DNA of 32,000 nt from Candidatus Saccharimonadota bacterium (GCA_001029695.1 CP011211.1:870001-902000), one strand, 5' to 3'; shown: positions 9,158 to 16,559, counted from the first letter of the stretch. The notes: generated by a model from the letters alone, not told the origin. Made by a program: numbers and translations.

Positions 9158-10342
9158 ATGCCTATTGATGTTATACAGACACAACATATCGAAACGGAAC
9201 CTGTAATTGAGCGTACGCCGCTGTACGTGAGTCGTTACGAGATAGATGCTGAGAGTCCTGTGTTGATATCAACTGATCATTACATGGCGACAACTGATGA
9301 GATGCAAGAGTCGATAGGTATCTCAGCTCCGCTTGTTTGTGGTATCTTTGCTGCCGGAAAAGAGTTCGCAGTCCTCGATACAAGAAATACCCCAAAAGTA
9401 AACACTCCATTGTTACTTATCGACGGAGAGTATAGCCGAATAAAAGGTACGGAACTAGGTGCATTTAAGGGTCTGCGAGATAATGAGGGTGTCGAAATTG
9501 GTAGAATTAAACATACTGACAGATTCAAGTACCCAGACACTGTATCTGCTTGTCATTTTAGCCTTAGTTTCGATGAAAAGAACGAGCAGCTAAAAGTAAG
9601 CGATATGAACTCTACAAATGGTACGTTTATTACGGGTTATATCGCGAGCGAGATTCAAAAGCAGGAATTAGTGAGGAGTGATTTCACAAGAAACTTTGGC
9701 CGTTATGCCATGGAGGAGCTTGAAAGTCGGTATGGAGACGGTGATATAGATGCTCCATACGGCTATTACAGGAACCACCCAATTATTGGTCGTAATTCCC
9801 AGAGCGTCAGAAATGGTGTATATGGCACGACTTCCTCCGAGATGGTGCTTGTTGACGACAAAAGCCGAGCTATGCGACGGGTGACTGATGGATTTCTTGA
9901 TCGCTTAACTGGCGATGATCGCAACAGTCTCACTACAACGATAGGTGTTAGTAGTGTACTCCGTGTGGCGGAGCGCTATGTGGCGAATGTAATGAGGTAC
10001 GATCTCGATGCTGTAGATCGAATCAGTCGTCCGCACTATGATGACAATGGCCTTATAGACTTAAGTGAGTATATTCATAATGGCGTTGGCGTCTGCAGAC
10101 ATCAAGCGTTACTAGCTGCGCATTTCATCGAAGAGTCGATTGATCGGCGTATTATCGCCGGTTCGGTTGGTGTTGAACGTAATCATGATCTTGAAGTTCA
10201 GGGTGCGCATGCATGGGCGGTTTATAGACCTCCTGTGGGTGATGCTATTATTGTAGACCCTGCGCAACATTTTGTAGGTACAAGGAAAGAGGCAGAGAAG
10301 CAGCGACGATGGAAGTATAGTCTCGCTAACGTTGTTAATTAA
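9158..10342 (+). CDS. FHA domain protein with C-terminal transglutaminase-fold (EDR1-like) Cys-His-Asp putative peptidase domain
   Basis: FHA signature GVEIGR...VSACHFSLSF...VSDMNSTNGTFITG. The C-terminal part reads GVGVCRHQALLAAHF...GAHAWAVY...IIVDP. No signal peptide or TM segment. Confidence 0.7.
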   Translation: MPIDVIQTQHIETEPVIERTPLYVSRYEIDAESPVLISTDHYMATTDEMQESIGISAPLVCGIFAAGKEFAVLDTRNTPKVNTPLLLIDGEYSRIKGTELGAFKGLRDNEGVEIGRIKHTDRFKYPDTVSACHFSLSFDEKNEQLKVSDMNSTNGTFITGYIASEIQKQELVRSDFTRNFGRYAMEELESRYGDGDIDAPYGYYRNHPIIGRNSQSVRNGVYGTTSSEMVLVDDKSRAMRRVTDGFLDRLTGDDRNSLTTTIGVSSVLRVAERYVANVMRYDLDAVDRISRPHYDDNGLIDLSEYIHNGVGVCRHQALLAAHFIEESIDRRIIAGSVGVERNHDLEVQGAHAWAVYRPPVGDAIIVDPAQHFVGTRKEAEKQRRWKYSLANVVN

Positions 10343-10346
10343 CGTA

Positions 10347-10355
10347 TGATATAAT
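10347..10355 (+). promoter_or_regulatory. Extended -10 promoter TGATATAAT just after the stop of the FHA gene
   Basis: Perfect TGnTATAAT, 5 nt downstream of the TAA at 10340-10342. Confidence 0.45.
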
Positions 10356-10361
10356 CTTATC

Positions 10362-10563
10362 TAGGAACGTTGTGAGAATCATCACATGAGCGACTATCAC
10401 TCGCGAAGTTTTGGGAAGAAATCCTGCCAAGGAGATTAGACCCCGACGTGAACGCTACGTTAAAGCGAGCAACTAAGCGCTAAAAGAATCACTTCTTTTG
10501 GAAGTCAGATGGAACCACCCATAATTAAGGGTTCTGACATTCGAAAGAAGTGATTTTTATTTT
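10362..10563 (+). ncRNA. Candidate ~200-nt structured RNA or cis-regulatory leader of unknown class
   Basis: Bounded by the promoter at 10347-10355 and a long hairpin plus T-run at 10487-10563. It has no credible ORF. It lies in a 255-nt gap, whereas nearly all other intergenic spacers are under 150 nt. Confidence 0.3.
10487..10563 (+). terminator. Long intrinsic-terminator-like hairpin with T-run
   Basis: aatcacttcttt (10487-10498) pairs perfectly with aaagaagtgatt (10544-10555). Inner pairings gtca/tgac and gaacc/ggttc extend the stem, which is followed by tttttatttt. Confidence 0.6.
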
Positions 10564-10597
10564 ATACAAATTTAGCAGTAATAACGAAAGGATCGAT

Positions 10598-11158
10598 ATG
10601 CGATGTAGCTGGGCAGAATCAAGCGATGTAGAACGACACTATCACGACGCAGAGTGGGGTGTACCGGTTCGTGATGATCAGAGGTTGTTTGAGTTTCTCG
10701 TACTAGAGGGTGCGCAAGCAGGGCTTTCATGGTCAACCATCTTAAATCGTCGAGAGGGCTACAGAACGGCATTTCATAATTTTGATATAGATGCAGTTGC
10801 GAGTATGGCGGATGATGAACTCGAGAAGTTACGAGAAGACACAGGCATTATCAGAAATCGATTGAAGATATATAGTGCTCGGAAGAATGCTTTCGCAGCG
10901 CAGGCTATTATTCGTGAACATGGGTCACTTGCGAAGTACTTATGGAGTTTTGTCGACAATATTTCGGTTGATGGAGCGCGAGGGAGTATCTCGGAAGTTC
11001 CTGCTACGACCGAACGGTCAGATGCAATGAGCAGTGCGCTTAAAAAAGCTGGATTTACCTTTGTCGGTCCTACAATTTGCTACGCATTTATGCAGGCAAC
11101 AGGGATGGTGAATGATCACGTTGCGACGTGCTTTCGATACCGGGAGATCCGTGCATGA
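10598..11158 (+). CDS. tag: DNA-3-methyladenine glycosylase I
   Basis: YHDAEWGVP, LEGAQAGLSWSTIL and FVGPTICYAFMQATGMVNDH align with the Tag family. I start at ATG 10598 (GAAAGGA upstream), not at the ORF-track 10550. Confidence 0.85.
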   Translation: MRCSWAESSDVERHYHDAEWGVPVRDDQRLFEFLVLEGAQAGLSWSTILNRREGYRTAFHNFDIDAVASMADDELEKLREDTGIIRNRLKIYSARKNAFAAQAIIREHGSLAKYLWSFVDNISVDGARGSISEVPATTERSDAMSSALKKAGFTFVGPTICYAFMQATGMVNDHVATCFRYREIRA

Positions 11159-11226
11159 TTATCAAGACTACTACAGAAGAATGGACAGTAATTAATACCA
11201 TACATAAGAATAAGGAGCACTAGATA

Positions 11227-14136
11227 ATGAAATTCAAAGCAAATACCCGCCGTCGGGCACTAGAGTATGAGAAAGACCTTGTGCAGCAGTGGAAAAAGAA
11301 TAAGACATTCGAAAAATCAATTGACCAACGACCTGCAGATAATTCGTATGTGTTTTATGACGGCCCTCCATTTATTTCTGGAGTACCACATCATGGGACG
11401 CTACTCAGTAGTATCGTCAAGGATGCGGTGCCGCGCTATCAGACGATGAAAGGCAAGCGAGTGGAGCGCGTATGGGGCTGGGACTGTCATGGACTACCCG
11501 CTGAGCGCTATACAGAGAAGAAGCTCGGACTGAGTAGTCGTGAAGAAGTTATTGAGTACGGGATCGAAAAATATATCATTGCATGTCGCGAAAACATGGT
11601 TCAGACGAGTAGTCTATGGGAAGATACGGTAGACCGCGTCGGCCGTTGGGTTGACTTCAAGGGTGCATATAAAACCATGGACAAAGAGTATATGGAGAGT
11701 GTATGGTGGGCCTTCAAGGAACTCTATGAAAAGGGTAAAATCTACGAAGGTGAAAAAGTACTCATGTACTGTACGCTCGATGCGACCCCGCTTTCAAAAG
11801 CTGAGGTGACAATGGACGCAGGCGCCTACCAGGATGTTACGGATCCGTCGGTGTTCACGAAATTCAAACTAGCTGACGAAGATGTGTCACTGCTCGCATG
11901 GACAACAACACCTTGGACATTGCCTGCAAACACGGCACTTGCAGTGAATAAAGATTTTGACTACGTGGAAGTGGAGCTCGACGGTGAACGGCTAATCTTG
12001 GCAAAAGATCTAGTGGAGAAAGTGCTCACTGATGCGAAGCACCAGACCCTTGAATATATGATGATCCGCACGCTGAAGGGTGAAGAGCTGGTTGGAAAAT
12101 CGTATGAACCGCTACTGGGTGAAGATCGTGGTGCGAACGCCCACAAAATTTGGCATGCAGACTATGTGAGTGCTGATGATGGTTCGGGCATCGTCCATAT
12201 CGCACCAGCCTATGGCGAGGAAGATTTTGCTATGGCGAAGCGTGAAAAAATTCCTGTCGTCCACGTCATCGACGAAAACGGCGATTACACAGAGACTGAA
12301 TGGAAAGGCGAGAACGTTTGGGCGATAAATAAAACGATCGCTAAGACGCTTCACGAGCGCGGAACAGTGTGGAAGATCGACTATATTCGCCACAGCTACC
12401 CGCACTGTCATCGCTGCGGAACGAAACTCATGTACCGTGCGCACCCGAGCTGGTTTATGGATATTGATGGCCAGCGTGAGCAAATGCTCGAGCAAAATGG
12501 AGATATCAACTGGTTTCCGTCGCATGTCAAAAAAGGTCGCTTTGCGAAGACGATTGAGCAAGCGCCCGACTGGAACCTTAGCCGAGATCGTTTCTGGGCA
12601 ACGGCCATGCCTGTCTGGAAGGGTGTCGATGATTGGGGTAGAACACACGATGATAATGGTCGTGAGTATATTAAAGTTATCGGAAGCTATGCGGAGCTAG
12701 AAGAATTGAGCGGAGTAAAACTCGACGATTATCATCGCCCCTGGGTTGATGATATTAAGTTCAATATTCATCATACAGCTGCCGACGGACTGACAGAATA
12801 TGGTGTGGACTATGAGCGTATTGACAAAGTTATGGATAGTTGGTTTGAAGCAGGCAGTATGCCATTTGCACAGTTCCATTATCCGTTTGAAAATAAGCAG
12901 AAATTTGAAGCAAATTTCCCTGGAGATTTCATTGTTGAATATATCGGTCAGGTACGTGCGTGGTTTTATTATATGCATAGTATGAGCGTGGCTCTATTTG
13001 GTGAAAATTCATTCAAGAATGTTATCGTGACAGGTAACGTAGCCGGTAACGATGGTCGTAAGATGAGCAAAAGCTATGGCAACTATACCGATCCAAATGA
13101 GCTGATGGACAAGTTTAGTGCGGATAGTCTTCGCTTCTTGTTGCTGCAGTCGCCGCTACTAAATGGCGAGGATTTTGCGCTGCAAGACAAGGATGTTGGT
13201 GACGTCGCGCGCAAGCTCAGCATGATATGGAATATGTACGACTTCTTTACTATGTACGCTGAAGTTGATGGCTGGGAATTTACAGGGGACCTTTCCGACC
13301 CAAGTGAGCAGCTCGAAAACCCACTTGATCAATGGATCGTCAGTCGAGTTCATCAGCTGAATCATGAGGTTGAGAAGCATATGGATATCTACGACATTCC
13401 AAATGCGATCGATCCGATCTTGCCGTTTATCGAAGATGCAAGCAACTGGTACGTACGCCGGAGTCGACGACGCTTCTGGAAGTCTGGTGATGATACTGAT
13501 AAAAATAACGCCTATCGTACGCTTCACTATGTGCTGGTACAGCTTGCGCAGATTGTCGCACCATTTACGCCATTCCTCGCTGAGGAGCTCTACCAGAAAC
13601 TTACAGGTGGAGAAAGTGTTCATCTTCTTGATTGGCCTCAAGCGGGGCATGTTAATGAGCTCGTCGTGCGTGACATGGAAACAGTTCGTGAGTATGTAAA
13701 CCAATCACTCAGCATCCGCGCAAAAGAACGAGTAAAGATTCGTCAGCCGCTTGCGAGCGTGACAGTTCCAACGCTTGGGGAGTTTGTCAATTTCGAAGAT
13801 ATTTTGACCGAAGAATTAAACGTTAAAAAAGTGATTCGAGGGAAAGAATTATCTCTTGACCTTGCTATCACTCCAAGCTTGAAGCGTGAAGGTTTATCAC
13901 GTGAGGTAGTTCGCCACGTACAGTCTGCTCGAAAAGCAGCAGGACTCAACGTAGACGACCGCATTAAGCTCAGCCTTCAAACTGACGACGATGAGCTGGT
14001 AAGCGCAATAAAAGAGCATACAAACACAATCGCCGCCGAGACACTTGCCGACAAGATCGGCGATGCTCAATACGCTCATGAGGCTACTGTTAAGGTCGAG
14101 GGTGTTGACCTGGTAGTGACACTAGAGAAGTCGTAA
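11227..14136 (+). CDS. ileS: Isoleucine--tRNA ligase (eukaryote-like / type 2 architecture)
   Basis: 969 aa with FYDGPPFISGVPHHGTLL, WGWDCHGLP, the editing-domain TTTPWTLPAN and KMSKS. AAGGAG Shine-Dalgarno. Confidence 0.95.
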   Translation: MKFKANTRRRALEYEKDLVQQWKKNKTFEKSIDQRPADNSYVFYDGPPFISGVPHHGTLLSSIVKDAVPRYQTMKGKRVERVWGWDCHGLPAERYTEKKLGLSSREEVIEYGIEKYIIACRENMVQTSSLWEDTVDRVGRWVDFKGAYKTMDKEYMESVWWAFKELYEKGKIYEGEKVLMYCTLDATPLSKAEVTMDAGAYQDVTDPSVFTKFKLADEDVSLLAWTTTPWTLPANTALAVNKDFDYVEVELDGERLILAKDLVEKVLTDAKHQTLEYMMIRTLKGEELVGKSYEPLLGEDRGANAHKIWHADYVSADDGSGIVHIAPAYGEEDFAMAKREKIPVVHVIDENGDYTETEWKGENVWAINKTIAKTLHERGTVWKIDYIRHSYPHCHRCGTKLMYRAHPSWFMDIDGQREQMLEQNGDINWFPSHVKKGRFAKTIEQAPDWNLSRDRFWATAMPVWKGVDDWGRTHDDNGREYIKVIGSYAELEELSGVKLDDYHRPWVDDIKFNIHHTAADGLTEYGVDYERIDKVMDSWFEAGSMPFAQFHYPFENKQKFEANFPGDFIVEYIGQVRAWFYYMHSMSVALFGENSFKNVIVTGNVAGNDGRKMSKSYGNYTDPNELMDKFSADSLRFLLLQSPLLNGEDFALQDKDVGDVARKLSMIWNMYDFFTMYAEVDGWEFTGDLSDPSEQLENPLDQWIVSRVHQLNHEVEKHMDIYDIPNAIDPILPFIEDASNWYVRRSRRRFWKSGDDTDKNNAYRTLHYVLVQLAQIVAPFTPFLAEELYQKLTGGESVHLLDWPQAGHVNELVVRDMETVREYVNQSLSIRAKERVKIRQPLASVTVPTLGEFVNFEDILTEELNVKKVIRGKELSLDLAITPSLKREGLSREVVRHVQSARKAAGLNVDDRIKLSLQTDDDELVSAIKEHTNTIAAETLADKIGDAQYAHEATVKVEGVDLVVTLEKS

Positions 14137-14198
14137 TATTTTTCATAGCAAGGCACTCTTAATGTCGCTATCATGGCAATAGTAAGGAGGATACAGTA

Positions 14199-14429
14199 AT
14201 GCCATATAATCACACGACCGAGCTTCCGGAAGGTGTCAAACATGTACTGCCGGGACATGCTCAGGATATCTATAAAGAAGCCTTTAATAGTGCGTGGGAT
14301 GAGTATGAGAACGCCAAAGATCGTCGTAGTAGTGAAAGTCGTGAAGAAGTCGCCCATAAGGTCGCATGGAGTGCGGTGAAGAAAAGCTACGAAAAGGGCA
14401 GCGACGATACATGGCATCTCAAAAAGTAG
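14199..14429 (+). CDS. chaB: ChaB family protein
   Basis: MPY...LPEGVKHVLPGHAQDIYKEAFNSAWDEY...AHKVAWSAVKK is near-collinear with E. coli ChaB as I recall it. AAGGAGG Shine-Dalgarno. Confidence 0.85.
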   Translation: MPYNHTTELPEGVKHVLPGHAQDIYKEAFNSAWDEYENAKDRRSSESREEVAHKVAWSAVKKSYEKGSDDTWHLKK

Positions 14430-14998
14430 ACGTTAGTTTTTTACATGGACGGGCTAGCGAGATTGCGCCAAGATTATTAGGGGGTATCCTTGAACGGACG
14501 CTTGATGGTAAGGTCCTACGCGCACGAATAGTAGAAGTTGAAGCATATGACCAGACGGACGTCGCAAGCCATAGTTACAAAGGGGAGACGCCTCGTACGA
14601 AAATAATGTTTGGCGACGCAGGACATCTCTATGTGTATTTCACATATGGTATGCATTATTGCTGCAACATCGTGGTAGGCGAAAAAGGCTATGGCGCTGC
14701 AGTACTAATCCGGGCGGTTGAGCCGCTTAATGGCGATGAAGGGATGAGTAGGCGTCGAGGAGGACGATCAGGGCGAGATCTGACAAATGGTCCTGCTAAG
14801 TTTTGCCAGGCGTTTGGCATTTCTCTTGCGATGAACGGTCATTCACTCTCTGAGCCGCCACTGCGACTTCTGCTGCAGCCTGCACTACCAACGGACCAGG
14901 TTATCACTACGACACGCATAGGAATTAGTCATGGCAAAGATGTCCCCTGGCGGTTTTATGTAAAGGATAATGGGTATGTTTCGAAGCGGATTGAGTAA
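14411..14998 (+). CDS. mpg: DNA-3-methyladenine glycosylase (AAG/Mpg family)
   Basis: APRLLGGIL, RIVEVEAY, DVASHSYKGETPRTKIMFG, GHLYVYFTYGMHYCCNIV and LIRAVEP. ATG 14411 overlaps chaB by 19 nt. Confidence 0.85.
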   Translation: MASQKVDVSFLHGRASEIAPRLLGGILERTLDGKVLRARIVEVEAYDQTDVASHSYKGETPRTKIMFGDAGHLYVYFTYGMHYCCNIVVGEKGYGAAVLIRAVEPLNGDEGMSRRRGGRSGRDLTNGPAKFCQAFGISLAMNGHSLSEPPLRLLLQPALPTDQVITTTRIGISHGKDVPWRFYVKDNGYVSKRIE

Positions 14999-15003
14999 TA
15001 TTG

Positions 15004-15032
15004 TTGACATATCTATATGATTAGGTTAAAGT
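15004..15032 (+). promoter_or_regulatory. Candidate promoter TTGACA-17 nt-TAAAGT
   Basis: TTGACA at 15004-15009 and TAAAGT at 15027-15032, 6 nt after the mpg stop. Confidence 0.4.
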
Positions 15033-15143
15033 AAATAGCTGTGTGCGGTAATCTTGGAGAGCTAGCTCTCGGTACCTAGCAACACGAACTTTAACATGTC
15101 AATTACCATGCACTATAGTTGAGCTGCGAAAGGAGTGTTTGAT

Positions 15144-15203
15144 TTGATTCAAACATTGCCTCGCAGTTCAACCAGCTGCGATCCTCTCAAAAGAAAGATC
15201 TAA
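15144..15203 (+). CDS. Possible 19-codon upstream ORF (leader peptide MIQTLPRSSTSCDPLKRKI)
   Basis: TTG start 8 nt after a strong AAAGGAG (15129-15135). Its TAA (15201-15203) ends 2 nt before GTG 15206, which itself has no Shine-Dalgarno. Confidence 0.2.
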   Translation: MIQTLPRSSTSCDPLKRKI

Positions 15204-15205
15204 CT

Positions 15206-15676
15206 GTGCGAAAAGCTACTTCTGTAGTCCTGGCAGGCTTTCTTGCTGTTCTGGTGATCTTTGGATTGACGGGAACGGCTGCAGCCGACCCGGTCACTCC
15301 TTCGGTCTCTTCCACTGCTGAGGTGGTGGAAGTGGACGGAGTGGCTATTCTGCGTGTGTCAGTCTCAAATGAGACTGACCATGCTGTTGGCATTCGGGTA
15401 ACTTCTCCCTACGGAGAGAACAAGCCGCCCAACCTTGGTGCAGGAAACTCCACTGTAGTGGAGTTTCCGACGGACCTGGTGGTCACACCAGCCGGAGAAG
15501 CGACGGTCGCGTGGTACAACTACCAGACCGGAGTTCGCAATGAGTTTTTCGTTGCGTACGAGGGGCTGGATCTGACGCCGCCTGTGGTTGTTGAACCGGA
15601 GCCTGAAGCTCCGTTCAACTTCCTGCAGTGGCTGAAGTCGCTGTTCGGTAACTTTGGATCGCTGTCCTTCAGCTGA
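15206..15676 (+). CDS. Small secreted protein of unknown function
   Basis: Signal peptide MRKATSVVLAGFLAVLVIFGLTGTAAA/DP, followed by a beta-rich body and a Pro/Glu linker. G+C and codon usage are shifted (CTG Leu, C-ending codons, TGA stop). Confidence 0.6.
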   Translation: MRKATSVVLAGFLAVLVIFGLTGTAAADPVTPSVSSTAEVVEVDGVAILRVSVSNETDHAVGIRVTSPYGENKPPNLGAGNSTVVEFPTDLVVTPAGEATVAWYNYQTGVRNEFFVAYEGLDLTPPVVVEPEPEAPFNFLQWLKSLFGNFGSLSFS

Positions 15677-15683
15677 TCCATGT

Positions 15684-15723
15684 CCGTAGGGAGTGTCTGG
15701 CGTATGCTAGATACTCCCTACGG
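15684..15723 (+). terminator. GC-rich hairpin without U-tract downstream of the secreted-protein gene
   Basis: ccgtagggagt (15684-15694) pairs perfectly with actccctacgg (15713-15723). Confidence 0.5.
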
Positions 15724-15771
15724 GGCCTACCTTATCAGAGTAATTGACATGTTGCATTCAAAAATTATTCC

Positions 15772-15797
15772 AAACGCCTCCGAGTGGGGCGTTTTTC
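15772..15797 (+). terminator. Intrinsic terminator
   Basis: aaacgcc / ggcgttt stem with a 9-nt loop, followed by a T-run. Confidence 0.55.
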
Positions 15798-15815
15798 CTA
15801 CCTCTTCTACAGCTA

Positions 15816-15844
15816 TTGACTTATCATACTAATTATGCTAATAT
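15816..15844 (+). promoter_or_regulatory. Candidate promoter TTGACT-17 nt-TAATAT
   Basis: TTGACT at 15816-15821 and TAATAT at 15839-15844, upstream of ATG 15870. Confidence 0.45.
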
Positions 15845-15869
15845 TGTAGTAATAATCAAAAAAACAAAC

Positions 15870-16079
15870 ATGAGCATATTTCAACGAAAAACAGTTACAT
15901 TTGATGCAGTCGACCCTCTAGGGGACGGCCTTGGCGACGATATAGCAGCGGAGCGACGCGAGGCAGATGCTATAACGAGTCTTGAAGACAACGACCCAGC
16001 AGACCTAGCTGCATTTTGGGGTGGTGTAGTGGACGATGCAAAAAAAGATCAAGACTGGTTTGATTTTAGCAACGAATAG
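15870..16079 (+). CDS. Hypothetical small, highly acidic protein (69 aa)
   Basis: I use the internal ATG of ORF 15744..16079 (MSIFQRK...). The sequence upstream of it holds the terminator and promoter, so I discard the long N-terminal extension. Confidence 0.5.
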   Translation: MSIFQRKTVTFDAVDPLGDGLGDDIAAERREADAITSLEDNDPADLAAFWGGVVDDAKKDQDWFDFSNE

Positions 16080-16113
16080 ACATAACTATATAAAGTATAG
16101 TAAAGTGATATAC

Positions 16114-16488
16114 ATGAACGAACTCTCCGACCAACAATTTGACGCCATCATTACGCGAGCTATGGATGAGCTTCCCCAGGAGTATATAAAAGGACTCGAA
16201 AACGTCGCGATTGTTATGGCTGACGAGCCGACGGAAGAACAGGCGATAAAGATGAAGCTGCGAGAGCATACGATCTTACTGGGACTTTACGAAGGTATTC
16301 CGCTGACGCAGCGTGGCAACTCCTATACGTTTGTATTGCCCGATAAGATTACTCTCTTCAAACATTCAATTATGCGTGTTGTCCGAAATGAAGCAGAGTT
16401 TTTTGAACAAACCAAGCGCACACTGTGGCATGAGATTGCTCATTACTATGGCCTCAATCACGACCGTATGCACGAACTCCAAAAGTAA
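16114..16488 (+). CDS. Minimal zincin-like metallopeptidase family protein
   Basis: About 124 aa with the HExxH motif in LWHEIAHYYGL and a conserved N-terminal AMDELPQEY...VAIVMADEP. ATG 16114 avoids overlap with the previous gene. Confidence 0.75.
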   Translation: MNELSDQQFDAIITRAMDELPQEYIKGLENVAIVMADEPTEEQAIKMKLREHTILLGLYEGIPLTQRGNSYTFVLPDKITLFKHSIMRVVRNEAEFFEQTKRTLWHEIAHYYGLNHDRMHELQK

Positions 16489-16550
16489 TAAATAGCTATT
16501 GCTTATTTCTAAATTCATTTTATCAGTTGCTTGTAGCTGGCTGAAGTTAG

Positions 16551-16559
16551 TGTTACAAT
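16551..16559 (+). promoter_or_regulatory. Extended -10 promoter TGTTACAAT
   Basis: The same 9-mer occurs upstream of rpsU and rplU. Here it is followed by the palindrome CCACATGTGG (16573-16582) and the Shine-Dalgarno AAAGGCGAGG. Confidence 0.45.

Noticed and set aside
10343-10597. I tried to assign the intergenic RNA candidate to tmRNA, SRP RNA, 6S RNA, a T-box leader for ileS, or a known riboswitch.
   Set aside because: It has no GGGG...GGAUUCGAC 5' end, no tRNA-like 3' end and no Ala-rich tag frame, so it is not tmRNA. It lacks the GGAAGGAAGCAGC / GNRA apex of SRP RNA. Its 5' and 3' ends do not pair as in 6S RNA. The only GGGTGG-like string (complement of ggaaccaccc) is on the wrong strand and diverges from the T-box core. 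I left it unclassified.
12112-12648. Long antisense or overlapping ORFs in the track, for example 12112..12648(-), 13159..13704(-), 17580..18143(-), 24128..24733(-), 5610..6161(-), 2399..2920(-), 71..529(-) and 29265..29714(-).
   Set aside because: Each lies entirely within a well-supported gene on the other strand or in another frame. They have low-complexity or Cys/Arg/Ser-rich translations and no ribosome-binding site, and I treat them as shadow ORFs.
14996-15750. Short direct repeat (taat..ttgacat at 14996-15010 and taattgacat at 15741-15750) flanking the GC-shifted cassette, considered as a possible insertion scar.
   Set aside because: Only 7-10 nt match, and the shared core is simply a TTGACA -35-like hexamer. 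That is too short to distinguish from chance, and there is no integrase or transposase.
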